From: Octopus sinensis
Taxonomy: Eukaryota
Reading direction: 5' to 3'
Length of the DNA: 64,000 nucleotides
Assembly (NCBI RefSeq): GCF_006345805.1
Contig: NC_043003.1
Coordinates: forward strand, 89,962,001 to 90,026,000
Numbering within the stretch: the first letter of the stretch is position 1; each line of letters begins with the position of its first letter. The notes under the pieces are model-generated. The model saw only the letters and a program-made list of their open reading frames with translations, was not told the origin of the DNA and did no database searches. Of the stretch, positions 25,402 through 38,654 are shown one piece after another. The translations under genes and the position numbers were made by a program.

Positions 25402-26096
25402 TTTTATCCCTCTTATTTATTGTAATTTTTGTCTTCTTACTAATCTCCACTCATCTAATTTTATTTACTACTATATTTAAAGGCATGAAGTTATATATAC
25501 AGTTTTTTAAAGACTCAGATGTCTATTTTCTGAGTATAGTTCTTTATCTTTTCATACTTAACACCTCATATTTAACTACTTTATCTAAAATCACAGTGGT
25601 TGTGGATTAGCTTCATCCTTTAAGATATCTTTTATGCATTCAAAACTGTTGTTAGTTAATTTTTTAAAAAATTAAACTAAACAGAAAATTCTTAAATTTA
25701 AAGAACCCAACAACAAGTGCTGTTTCTTATTCGTTTAGTTGCAATGAGTGGAAGGTCTGAAAATTGCAAAAGAGTCTCAATTCAAATTTTCTTACAAGAG
25801 TCTTGTTCTGATCCAATATTCTAAGCATTGAAATTATTTTTTCTTGAAGTATATTAGCACTAAGACAAATTTAATGTTGAGAGAAGAATCTCTTATGTAT
25901 GAAGTATTTATTTAAACCCTTTGTAAATTATGATTTAAGATAATAAATTCTTATAAGTCAGTTATAAAAACCTTAAAGTAAAGACATAGTATATCTATGT
26001 TTCTATCATTGCTGATCAAATAAACCTGTTTTGTGATATATCCTATATATTGATCCATTACTATTGATCCTATTTGTTTCTGTTTTCCATTTCCAG

Positions 26097-26286
26097 CTCA
26101 CCTGACTCTATGCACCTACCATCCAATCAGTGCTGTGTCCAACTGAAGAAAACTAAGTCCACCAGTAGTTTAGGATTGTCTTTTGTTGGCGGACAGGGCG
26201 GCATTGGAGTGTTTGTGAAGGATATCCATTCAAACAGTATAGCGGATGGTGTGGAGGGCCTCTCAAAAGGATGCCAAATTTTAGAA
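26097..26286 (+). CDS. DLG5: DLG5-like, exon g (PDZ4 N-terminal half)
   Basis: ttccAG acceptor, GAA|GTATGA donor; ...KKTKSTSSLGLSFVGGQGGIGVFVKDIHSNSIADGVEGLSKGCQILE, with an SLGL carboxylate-binding loop. Confidence 0.93.
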
Positions 26287-28135
26287 GTATGATGTTTAGT
26301 ATCCTTCTGTTTTTTTTCCCTCCCACTTCATTACAATAGAGGACATTTTAACATTACTAAAGTACGGATACAAACACAAATGTTGCTTTTTTAACATCAA
26401 AATTAATAGCATATTAAGAATCTCATTGTAGACCACATCTGATAGTAACTCCCACAGTTTATACCTTGATATAAATAATAAAGGTGAACTGGTAGTTTGC
26501 TTCACTGGTTAGCATTTTCGTTATATTTCTATTGAAAAATACTGGCCCTGTTTCAATTAATTTTGAAAATAATGAAGAATTTCATAAAATAACTTTGCCA
26601 TTATTAAGCTGGTCTCTGGAGCATAAATTAACATGAAATTTGAATGGAAGATTTTAATTTATATCATTTTAAAGCAGGAAATTTGTATCATATGACCAGG
26701 GGCTATTTCAGGTGGTTTGGATTCAGAAGGATTAAGTATCTTAGTCAGGTCATTCATTCAAATTCTAGTGCCTTTGTCCTTAGAATTTAATGCATGCAGA
26801 TATGTTCTTTTAGATTTGCATCTCTTAGATTTCCACAATGACAACAGCTGCAACAAAGTGATTAGAAAATGAAATTAATGAATGAACCCATAGTTGATAA
26901 TGAGATGAAACAATGAACCATTTCTCAGACATTAGGTGTACATTAGGTTATTTCTCCTTAGTGCTATTAATCTTTACTTACTTTTCATATAATTAATGAG
27001 CAGCTCTAATGATGTGCTTATTGGGCACTATTTAGAATTAGGCTGAAGCTTTTCTGTTGCAACCACCAACAACAACACCACCACAGCTGTCATCGTCGTT
27101 GTCATCATCATCATCTTTCCTTATAAGTGCCATATTAACCGCCATTTGTCCATGCTGACATGGAATTAATATGAATGAGGATGAAGTAGTTGTAAGGCAG
27201 TGGTGTTGTATGCTACTTTAATTTTCATTTTTAATATAGAGTAAATTTACAATGACTAATTGCTTCCCTGGTTGACTAATTATGATAATTTATGTCATTA
27301 AATTCTTGTCTAAATTGCAATATTACAACCATTTCTCTTAAGTTAACATTTGGCTTCACTAACATTCTTTGATATAATGTAAAGTTTTTACCTTCTTTGT
27401 TTATTACACTTATACGTGCATACACAGCATTAGAAGATGTTTGGAAATTTTGTGTGATAAATATGTATTAAAAGGTATGTGGCACATACAATTACAGTGT
27501 ATGTGTATCCATATATAGTCTAGTGGTGTTACCTCTTGATGGATCTCTTTCTGCAATAGTTTTATAATAAGAATATCAACACTATGTGGATGGGTGGGTA
27601 AGAGCAAGCAAGAGAGAGAGAGAGGTTATTATAACTCAGTGGTAAACATGAGGGAAGTCTCGAGTGATTCTGGATTCTTTATCTCTTAAAAGAAATAAGT
27701 TTTAGACCTTGAACATTTTGTAAGAACTTCCAGGATCTGAACAGAATTTTTCTGAAAGGAAATGCCAGCTAATTTTGTACAAGATTTGGAGATCAAAATT
27801 CTAAACAAATAACAACCAAAAGTTTTCAACTACAGATATTTAGCCTAGAGATATTACTTTATAAATACTGCCAGTCATGTTTATGGGATTTTCATTGCTT
27901 GTGAGAATGCTTCAAAAACATACTCAGCCAATTATTTTTAAAATAAGTGGAGAATAAAACACATAACAGCAGCAGTATTAAAACATTAAACAAACATTTT
28001 TTTGTTTTTATTGCTTCAGGGTGTAATATGTAGTATATTTTTCTTTAATTCTTTCAATTTATGCTTATTGTTGCCAAATCTGTATTAAATAAAATCCATT
28101 TTTTGCCCCCACCAACCCTTGCTTTTGTTTTCTAG

Positions 28136-28238
28136 TTCAATGGAACCAATTTACGGCATGCTACCATTGAACAGGCTATGAGAGAGATATCAAAGGCCAC
28201 CAACTCTGTGAAAATTATCTCTCAGTATAATCCTGAAA
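28136..28238 (+). CDS. DLG5: DLG5-like, exon h (PDZ4 C-terminal half)
   Basis: tctAG acceptor, A|GTAAGT donor; FNGTNLRHATIEQAMREISKATNSVKIISQYNPE. Confidence 0.93.
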
Positions 28239-28357
28239 GTAAGTATCACATCATATAAAAATCGTCCAAACTGACATGGTTCCAATATCGTTAAATATTT
28301 ATGCTTTTTTATAATTAGTTTGGTGTTAAACTTTCTGGTCCACTTTTTCTTTTTCAG

Positions 28358-28601
28358 AGTACTTTCAAGGCAGATGCAATTCAGGATTTCCTTTTTATAT
28401 ACGTGCCCACTTTGACTATCATCCAGATGATGGTGAAGAGAAAGGGGAGCTGTCTTTCAATAGGAATGATATTTTACTTGTAAAAGAAGGATTTTATGAC
28501 AACCAATCCGGGGACCGAGATAGTAACTATACATCTTATTGGTTAGGATGGTTAATCAATAATCAAGGCAAGAAAGTAAAATATGGAAAAATTCCCACTA
28601 G
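28358..28601 (+). CDS. DLG5: DLG5-like, exon i (SH3 domain)
   Basis: tttcAG acceptor, AG|GTGAGT donor; FYIRAHFDY...ELSFNRNDILLV...YWLGW...GKIPT is a MAGUK-type SH3 pattern. Confidence 0.95.
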
Positions 28602-29804
28602 GTGAGTAGCTGTTATAAATTAACTGTTTCAGACAAATACATTAAACCTCTTGATACCAACCTACTTGATACTACCCCTGGTTCAAGTATACAAACTTTA
28701 GTTTTAAACTGATCTCAATTAAAACCTTACATTAAAATTCCTTGTTAATTTATATTCTAAACCAATGGCTCTCAACCTTTTTTGCCTATGAACTTCTTAA
28801 ATTTCTATTCTACCTTTGTGAACCCCCATAACCTCCATTCAAAAGATTCTATTATATTTTTATAATTCAATATTATTAGGAATTGAATAGAAAAACTGTT
28901 AAATATTTCAAGTATTGTAAAAGCAGAACCAATTTATTGCACATAAACTTCAACAACTAACTAAACTCTATGGAAAATTAATGTATATTTATGACTAGTA
29001 AAATAAGTCATAAATATACAAGGATATATTTATCTCTTTGTCAGCTTTGCCATTGAATCCCATAATAAAAATCATGAAAATAATGAATATAAATGACTAA
29101 TTCATCAGGACAGAAAAGACATTACACACACATATATATATATGTGTGCATACACACACACGCATACAGAGTTCATTATAGAAGATACTTGGTTTTTTTT
29201 TAACTTAAACATCAGTTTCATTTCTTTTTATATATTGGTGGACTGTATTACAGTCTTAGCTAGAGTGAAAAAAGTAAATTGGCTTGTAATACCATTCGTG
29301 TCTTTTCCATATTCAGTAATAGTAATGTCTTTCTATAGTAATTAACAGTGTTGTCCTTCCATAATTATTAATAGTTACACAACCTCTGTAGAGAGGCAGA
29401 CAAAATACCATTCTGCACTAAGTTACATCTTTTAAATCAAATCCTGTTGGGGTCAACCTAGCTTTCCATTCTTCCAGGGTTGATAAAGTAAGTACTAGAC
29501 AAGTACAGGGTTTGATATAATTGAGCCTACAGCCATAACTCCAAATTTGTGGCTTGTTAGAAATAACTTGTAAATGAAAATAAAATATCTTGAAATAAGA
29601 ATCAATAAATATGAATTCTGCTCTGAAACATCTCTATTTGTCCTATTAAGAGACCTAATTCAAAAAGCAAATTCTCTGTACGTGGATATATAATTCTTTA
29701 ATCCTTCAGTTCCTATAGAACACATTACATTATATGATTTATGAACTTTATAAATAATTTTTATCTTTATGATTAGCCCATGTCTATCTATATTCATGCT
29801 GCAG

Positions 29805-30016
29805 ACTTGGTCCTAACTTTGATCTCAAGAGAAGTAGTTCTGAGAGCTTGAATCTCCTTGAAGATGAACTCAAGTGTTCCAGGAGAGGCTCAGGAACTGT
29901 CCGGCGCAGTTTTTTCAAGCGGAAGAAGCATCAGAGAACCAATTCTCGTGACAGTCGCGATCTCACATCTTTTTCTGATATCTCACTTAATGTTGAACTC
30001 CTTCCTGTTTTAGATG
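29805..30016 (+). CDS. DLG5: DLG5-like, exon j (HOOK region)
   Basis: tgcAG acceptor, G|GTAATT donor; LGPNFDLKRSSSESLNLLEDELKCSRRGSGTVRRSFFKRKKHQRTNSRDSRDLTSFSDISLNVELLPVLD. The RRSFFxRK basic motif is characteristic of DLG5. Confidence 0.92.
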
Positions 30017-33000
30017 GTAATTATTATTTTGGTAATATCTTATTCTCTCTCTGAAATTGAAAAATTTTAAAAAAAGAAAATGTGTTTTTTTCTTTATTGT
30101 CTATGAATTTGTTTGTTTTTTTCTTTTTACTCTCTTCATTTTCATTTAGTCAAAATAGCATTTCTCCAACAATTTTAGCTTTTCAGAACTAACCATGGTT
30201 ATATGTTCAGAAATTAGGAACACAAAAAGAGAAAAAAAAATTGGGATTATATTGAAGATTTCTACAGAAAAAATTTCATGCTTTGAATATTTGATAATTA
30301 TGAAGTGGAGAAGATTCATTCAGTTAAAGAAATATTTAAAATATTTTGTCAAGGCTCATGCAGAGTTGCTACCATACTGGACCAAATGCTTAGCAGTATT
30401 TCTTCTGTTTTTGTGTTTTGAGTTCAAATTCCACCAATAGATAAGTTTCAGAGCAGAATTCACATTTATTGATTCTTATTTCAAGATAATTTATTTTCAC
30501 CTACAAGTTATTTCTAACATGGGTACAAGCCACAAATTTGGAGGTGTGGCTGTAGAATCAATATTAAACCCCTGTATTTGTCTGGTACTTACTTTATTTT
30601 CATCTCCTCAGGGTTAATAAAACAAGTACTAGTTGAGCAGTGGGGTCACTGTAATTGACTAGACCCCCTACCATCCAAATTTCATACCTTGTACCTACAG
30701 TAGAAAGGATTGTTGTTATTATTATTATTATTATTACTACTACTACTACTAGGATGACCTGTGAATATTTCATGGCATTAAGGATAAACTTACTGGGTTA
30801 TTTCTAAAAACTTTATCCAAAAACCTGAAAGCATAGCCTGTGTTGTGTCTGTATCAAAAGAAAATTACTTGTCTGCTAAACACTGAAAAGTGAAGGAAAT
30901 AGGAATACAATGATTACTTAATGTACTTTATGTATACACTTTATATACTTTATGCACAATTTTAAAGACTTAATACACAACACTCTCTGTTTCTCTCTCT
31001 CTTTGCCTTATTCTCTTTTTCTCCTTTTTCTTTTGCTCTCCGCCTTTCCCTTCAACTAATCATGTGAAAGCATTACAAGTAGGCTAGATAGCGGAGGAAA
31101 AAAAACTTGGTTCAAAAAGATAAATTACACATCTCGCTCACCACCACCTCTCTCTCCCTTCCTCCCCTTTCCACTTCTTCCCTTCCTACCCTCCCCCTTC
31201 AACTAATCACATGGAAGCATTATGGACAGGTTATGTAATGGAGGAACAAGCAGAGTTATTATCAGATTATTATCAAGACAATGAGTTGGCAGAACAGTTA
31301 GCATGCTGGACAAAATACTTAGCAGCATTTCATCCAGCTTTATATTCTAAGTTCAAATTCTGCCATGGTTGACTTCACCTTTCATCCTTTTGGGGATTGA
31401 TAAATTAAGTACCAGTGAAACATTGGGGTCAATGTAATTGACTAGTTCCCTCCCCACCAAATTCAGGCCTTGTGCCTTCAGTAGAAAGGATTATTGATAT
31501 TATTATTGTTATTATTATTTTTGTCTTGCAATTACTTGGTAATCCTATCAGTGCAGGTATCACTTAAAAGCACCCAGTCTACACTGTAAAGTGGTTGGTG
31601 TTCAGAAGGACATCCAGCTGTAAAAGCCTTGCCAAAACTGACCTCACCTGTGCTTGTGCTACGTAAAAAGCACTACTCATCTCGCCTTGGCTTGTGCCAC
31701 ATAAAAAGCACTAAGTCCACTCTGCTGAGTGGTTGGTATTAGGAAAGGTATCCAGCTGTAAAAATCCTGCCAGAACAGTCATAGAAGTCTGGTACAGGCT
31801 TTGCCTTGCCGGCTCTTGTGGTACCATCCCACCCATGCTAGCATGGAACACGGACGTTAAATGATGATGATGACAATGATTATTTGCTGGAAGCTTGAAA
31901 AAACATAGAGGGAAAAGGATATTTTAAGTCACCAGCCTTTTAAGTATCATAGATAACATTTCCTATGCATTGTATGAATGTGCATAATTACAAATATATT
32001 CAACAAGGCTGTTATTGTGTTTGGGGAGAGTCATATTGTCTATCCACTGGTTCAGTTTCTACTCGTTACTTATGTTTTTTCTTCCAAAAGTTTTGTTGCT
32101 TTTGCAACCTTGTCAATGGATGCTGTTATTGTATTTTGTATATTTATATTTGATATAATAGATCTCCATGGAAAGGTGTTGATCTAAGAAGCAATCATCT
32201 GTAATATAATTTTGACATTTTAAAGGAAACGGATTCAGTTGATTCTTCATCTTTTTAAATACTTGATCACTGACCATGAACACTAATTATGGTGTTACCT
32301 CATTTGTGGTTTATCAAACATGGTTTCTATGAGTGGATGCCTTTCTTAATGGTGACTGCTTTACAAAGTGTATTGGGTGCTTTTTTTCATGGCACAAGCA
32401 TTAGTAAGGTTTCCAAGTAACTTACAAAAAAGTCCCCTCAACTGAGTGGGGTTGTAGTAGAGAGGGAGGTGCTTTTATGCCAGATATGGAGAAGCTAAAT
32501 TATGATCAAGGGACAGGAACAGGTGACTAACTTGCATTATGTAAGTGGGGTGGAAGTATGTTACATATATTAACTTTTATATGGAAGAAGTTGACAGTGC
32601 CTTCAAAGTTTCTGCTTGCTTTCCTTTATCAGGCTGTCTGATGAAGGTGAGCCAATCAAAACTTCAAAGCCACTCCCTATTTTCTCCTTGAAACCAAACC
32701 ACCTGAGACCAAATTTTTTTCTATGTCAAACGTCTTGCTTTAAAGTGATCTAAATTAAAACCTTCCATCAAAATTTATTAATCTTTGTTCTACATTTCAG
32801 CTTAATTTTGGCAATGTTATTTTACTAAGTACTTCATTCTTTTCAAAATTAATTAAAACAATGTCAGTGTATTTCAACAGAATTATGGTTACAAAAGGGT
32901 TAATATACTTGGACTCTACTTCTAAAACGTATCAAGAAATCCTTCAGTTTCATGTTAAATTGCTTTTATATACAGCTTGACTTAAAATCAAAGTATATAT

Positions 33001-33037
33001 ATACAGATATCAAACATATATATTTTTCTCTTTTAAG

Positions 33038-33079
33038 ATGGTTATTTTTGTGGATTTACTAAAGTTGAGAAAAATGAAG
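33038..33079 (+). CDS. DLG5: DLG5-like, 42-nt microexon k
   Basis: tttttctcttttaAG acceptor, G|GTAAGT donor; (D)GYFCGFTKVEKNE supplies the Y/F-x-x-V strand expected between HOOK and GK in MAGUKs. Phase 1-1. Confidence 0.75.
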
Positions 33080-33611
33080 GTAAGTGTATTTATTTTTATG
33101 CCTGTCCAAAAATAGTTGATATATACCTAAAATGGTTATTCATCTTAGTAATGGAATCAGTAGAGCAACTGACTAAATGCCTTGCTATATTTAGTTTCAC
33201 CATCAATATTTTCAACTGAAATTCCACTGCTGACAACTTTACCTTTTATCTCTCCATGTTCAATCAAATCAATATAAGTATAATTGGCACCGTTGAATGC
33301 CAAAACACTACACATGGATTTGATCTTGTAAACCACTATTACTACTGTATCCCTGCTGTTATTTGGTATTTTAAATTTGACATGTTAGTTTATTTATCTC
33401 AGCTAAATAAGAAGTGAGTAAAAATATTCTTCTAGTTTCTTGTAACCACTTATCCACTATATTTAGTAGAATTTGCAATTAACATTCCATTATCTAAAAC
33501 CTTGTATGATCTGTTATCTGAGGTGAACAGTAATTGATAATTTCTAAATAACAATTAAGAATAAACATCCATTTGGCAGATGAGATATCCACAACTCTCT
33601 GGAAAACATAA

Positions 33612-35731
33612 TCTCTATATTATAAATCTGAAATGCGAATAGTTTGTTTGTCTGGTTTTAGCATTAGAACGGGTTAAAGGGCACTAGATCCCATTGGATT
33701 GACTCCAAAATTTACAGGGACATGTAAAATGAGGTGAGGATGCGAGTGGGCTAGGTTAGAAATCCCCATCTTAAAAGGTGTTGTTGCTAGGGCCAAAAAC
33801 ACACACTTTAACAAGTTTATTCTCATTCTTTTATGTGTCTGTCTTTCTCCATCTCTCTCTCTCTTTCCTCCCTTCCTTTCACCTTCTCTCTATACCGTCG
33901 TTTCACAGCGTCTATTATCTTTCCCCTGCCACCATCACATTCTATTATCTGCCTGTCTTCGTCCATCTCTCTCTCTCTCTCTTTCCTCCCTTCCTTTCAC
34001 TTTCTCTCTATAACGTCGTTTGATAATGTCTACTATCTTTCCTCCACCAGTGCTGTCACTCTCTCTCTCTCTACGTCTGTCTGCATTCATAGAGCGAATT
34101 ATCATTGCCATCACCACCACCACCATACAATCATGAGAATCTTTCTCTTAAAACAAATCATCTTTAGGTTTCAAAATATTTTATTTTTCAGTCCTCTCTT
34201 TCATATATCACCTTTTCTTCCTCGATCTCTCTCTTTGCCCCCTTCCCTCCAATTTCTCTCTCCATAATGACGTTTGACACCTCCGCCGTCTCTCTTTCTT
34301 CTCCAACGCGTCTCTCAATGTATTTCTGTTTGTATCTATAAAGACGAAATGTGACAGCCGCAAAAGTTTAAATATTCCCACCACAGGTCTTTCAGAAAGG
34401 TGAATTATTATCTCCCACCACCACCGCACAATTATAACAGATATTATTTATCAGAAGATATGTTATTATTTTGCGTGGATAAAAGATTTAAAGATAAAAT
34501 ATTTGTATGCTCAAGGCGACCGTCATTAACAAAAATTTGTCGGTAAATTTGAAAAATTTTCCAGTTTTGAAATATTTACTTCTTAACTATTTCATTCGTT
34601 TTCTCATTGTAAACCAAATCATCTTTAGGTTTCAAAATATTTTATTTTTCAGTCCTCTCTTTCATATATCACCTTTTCTTCCTCTATCTCTCCCCCTTCC
34701 CTCCACTCTCTTTCTATAACTACGTTTGACAGCTTCGCCGTCTCTCTGTTACTCTTTCTTCCAAAATTTACAGGGACATGTAAAATGAGGTGAGGATGCG
34801 AGTGGGCTAGGTTAGAAATCCCTATCTTAAAAGGACTGGTTACTAGGGCAAACAACGCACACTTTGACAAGTCTTCCCTCTTTCATATATGACCTTTTCT
34901 TCCTCCGTCTCTCTCTTTTCTTCCTTCCTTTCACGTTCTCTCTATAACGTCGTTTGATAGTGTCTGTACTCTTTCTTCCACCACCCCTCTCACTGTACGA
35001 TTGTCGTTTCTTCTGCATGTCTTGATTATCTCTTCATTCTTGAAAATAAAGACATTAAAAAGAACATGGTTCATAAAGAAGATTGGGTTAAGATGTTTGC
35101 AAACATTTGATCCAACTCATTTGTCTCTTTATTCCTCATTTTCCGATTCATTCTGAAATGTGAAAAGTTTGTTTGTTTGTCTGGTTTTGGCATTGAGAAT
35201 GGGTTAAAGGCCACTAGATCCCATTGGATTGACTCCAAAATTTACAGGACATGTAAAATGGCGTGAGGATGTGAGTGGGCTAGGTTAGAAATCCCCATCT
35301 TAAAAGGTGTCGTTGCTAGGGCCAAAAACGCACTTTGACAAGTCTACTCTCATTCTTTTATGTGTCTGTCTTCCTCCATCATTCATTTTCTTTCCTCCCT
35401 TCCTTTCACTTTCTATCTATAACGTCGTTTCACAGCGTCTACCTCCCTTCCCTTCACTTTCTCTTTATAACGTTGTTTCACAGCGTCCTATATCTCCCCC
35501 TCCCCGCCTTTGACAGCGCTTTCACACTCTCTCTTTACGTCTGTCTGCATTCGTAGAGAGAATTATCATCACCACCACCAACACACAATCATGAGAACAA
35601 ATATTATGAATCAGATATTTATTGGGTTAATTTATATATGTGTGTGTGTGTGTTCTATATATATATATATATAATTTGTATACATAATGCATACACACAC
35701 ACACACATATATATAATGCGTATATATGTAC

Positions 35732-35770
<39 letters not shown>

Positions 35771-36498
35771 ATGTGTGCATTATGTGGTCGGTTGAGCTGA
35801 AAATATGCACACCTATGTTAAAAGGGCTGGCGAGTTTGCATGGCAACTATTTTTTTCCTCAAATGAAAGGCATGACCTCTAGGACAAAATTCTTCGTCTT
35901 ATAAAATGTGGCCCGAGTAGACCCGAATGAAGTCGGGTTATATTAACCAAAATGTGAAAGGGGTCTGAATGGGGCTGGAAGGGGATTAAAATTTACAGGA
36001 GCATGTGTTTAGGAATTTTCTTTTACATCAAGTTCAAAATTTTACGCCAGCCGTTAAACTGCCACTATGTTACTGTCCGTCATTAAGAAATGACAGCCAT
36101 GGTGACCTTAATATCTTCAGCTTCTATCCCTTCAAACTTTGGTTTCCAATATTTTTTTATTTTCATTGAGCTCGCAAGTTCGTCTGTCCCTTTTAAATGT
36201 TAGCGTTTTGCTGTCTGCCTTGAAGCAGACCTTTCCGTTGTCACTGCCTGATATTTATGATTGATCTTTCAAAATATTTTATTTCTCAACTTACTCAAGA
36301 TCTTTTGTTGTTTATAAATGGGAGAGAGATAGATAAAGATAGAGAGTAATAGAAAGCGAGGGAGAGTCCGAGAGAAAGGAAGAGTAAGAGAGTGGGAAAG
36401 TGAGAGAGAAACAAAGAGGGAGAATGTGGTGATAAAAAACAGAAAGGAAGCAACAACCAGACTCTTACCTGCGCGTAGAGCGGGTCATCTTAAGCTAG
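33612..36498 (+). mobile_element. Non-autonomous Helitron
   Basis: Inserted between A and T; 5' TC; 3' hairpin ACCTGC-GCGTAGA-GCGGGT about 10 nt before the terminal CTAG. The 5' module is repeated internally (~33630, ~34760, ~35150). Confidence 0.82.
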
Positions 36499-37977
36499 TT
36501 TATTATATATTTTCTGTTTATCACTGTGATGCTGTGTAGTCATAGACAAAAATTTTTATTCCAGTGTTAAGAGATAATTGTAATAATGGAGGTTATGTAA
36601 GGATAAAAGCACTAGAATATCCAGCTCCAAATTGCAGGCATATGATGAAATTAGCCAATTTTTATGGTGTCTTTGTAGTGGAATGTCTGGTTAGCACAAG
36701 TGTTAAGATGACAGTTTAAAACCAATATTTAAAATTTGTGTATGCATGCATGCCTGTGTGTGTCATTATCATTATCGTTTAACTTCCATCTTCCATGCTG
36801 GCATGGATTGGACAGTTTGACAGTTGGTAAACATGGGGACTGCACCAGGCTCCTTTGTGCTTTGGTATGGCTTTTACAGCTTGATGCCCTTCCCAATGTT
36901 AACCACTTCACAGAGTGGACTAGGTGCTTTTTATGTGGTGCCTGCACCAGCCAAATCACATATGCACACACATATTTTCAAGGAGAAGGTTGACAGTAAC
37001 TTCAAAGTTTCATCTTGCTTAACTTCATCAGACAGCTAGGTAAAGGTGAGCAAGCCAAAATTTTGAAGTCACTATCAAATTTTTCTTTGTAAAAGTTTAA
37101 TAAACATGTACTCTATGAAAAAGTATTGAGTAATCTTTCAGTTCAATGCTAAGATGTTTATATATATAGCTTGATATACAAACAAAATGTATGCATGAAT
37201 GAATGGATGATGTGCTCAACTGAATGTCTTATGCTCAAAAACCTGTTGAAATATGAAGAACTTGTTTCATGTTGTTTGAACACCAAGGGGAGTAAAGACA
37301 CATTAATCATTCATTGACAGGTTAAATTTAGCGACTGTCCCCAATTGATTAGCTATCAAAACAAATTTCGTTTACTTAATAAATGCAATATGCAGAGGAT
37401 AATATTATCCAGTTAATAGAATGCTGACCTGTAACCCATATACACTTTAGTTTACTAATTGCATTTATAATCAGTGTTAACATTCTCAAATATTGAGTTC
37501 CTCAGTGTAGCCTTTGCTATGAGATGCAGTTTATATTTACTGTGTGTACTTTTTATGTTCATAAAATGAGAACAATAGCATTGTAAAGATAAGGAATAGG
37601 TAGCTTTATTTATATTTGAAAGTTTTTTTATTAGATACATGAAAATATGTAATTTTGTATATATGTAGTTAAGAATCAAACTTCTTAACCACAGAAAAAT
37701 AAAAATATAAACTGACCATTTCATGACTTCAAGAATTTTAAAAAAACATTAGAATAAATATTACACTTTGTTGTCAACAAAATCCAGAAAGCTGCACATA
37801 CAGGCTTGAAAGGCAGCAAGTTACAAACTCCTAGTTAAGAGCAAATTTGAAAAGTTAGTTTCAGCATTGTCTACATAAACTCTCAGATGTTTGTTTTGTT
37901 TGAGAATTATGCTGTTTTTCAAAATTATGTTTCTATTTTTAGGCTCAACTACTAAAATGTAATGCTTTCATTTTTAG

Positions 37978-38079
37978 GCTCAGGTATTCGTCCTGTTATT
38001 TTGCTTGCTCCTTTAGCTGAACCTTTGATCAACAAGTTAACTGCAGAGTCCCCTGATAAGTTTTGCAAGTGTGATATCA
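37978..38079 (+). CDS. DLG5: DLG5-like, exon l (start of GK domain)
   Basis: tttttAG acceptor, A|GTAAGT donor; GSGIRPVILLAPLAEPLINKLTAESPDKFCKCDI (RPV motif, degenerate P-loop typical of MAGUK GK domains). Confidence 0.92.
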
Positions 38080-38654
38080 GTAAGTTAAATATTGAAATAA
38101 TATTTAAACCTAATATTCAATTGTTTTAAATATGTTGTTCATTTTTTAATTGTTTTACTTTTCAAACCTAACTTAACATATAGACAAGATTTTTTTTCTT
38201 TAAAACATGATTGAGCTGGTGAACTGGCAGAATCATTAGCATGATGGGTAAAATACTGAGCAGTATTTCATCTGTATTTTCGTTCTGAATTCAAATTCCA
38301 CTGAGGTCAACTTTGCCTTTCATCCTTTTGGGGTTGATAAAACAAGTACTAGTCAAGCACTGGGGTTGATGTGCTCCTCACCCCAAATTACTGGCCTTAT
38401 GCCAAAATTTGAAATCATTACTTAAAATGTGATGAACTTTTTGATAATGAATAATTGTAGTGGTAAAACTTCTGCACTCATCATTGTCAATACTTATTTT
38501 TATGAATCTATGTGGTTTTGTGTACATTATCATCATATTAACATCCACTTTTCCATCCTTGCATTCATCAGTCAGAATTAGTTGAGGCAGATGTTTTTAC
38601 AACTGGATGCTCCTTACCTTTTTCAAGTGATATAATCTTTTTCTAATTACCAGA

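Noticed and set aside
33778-35556. Hydrophobic F/L/S-rich ORFs resembling membrane proteins
   Set aside because: They derive from CT-rich low-complexity Helitron sequence.
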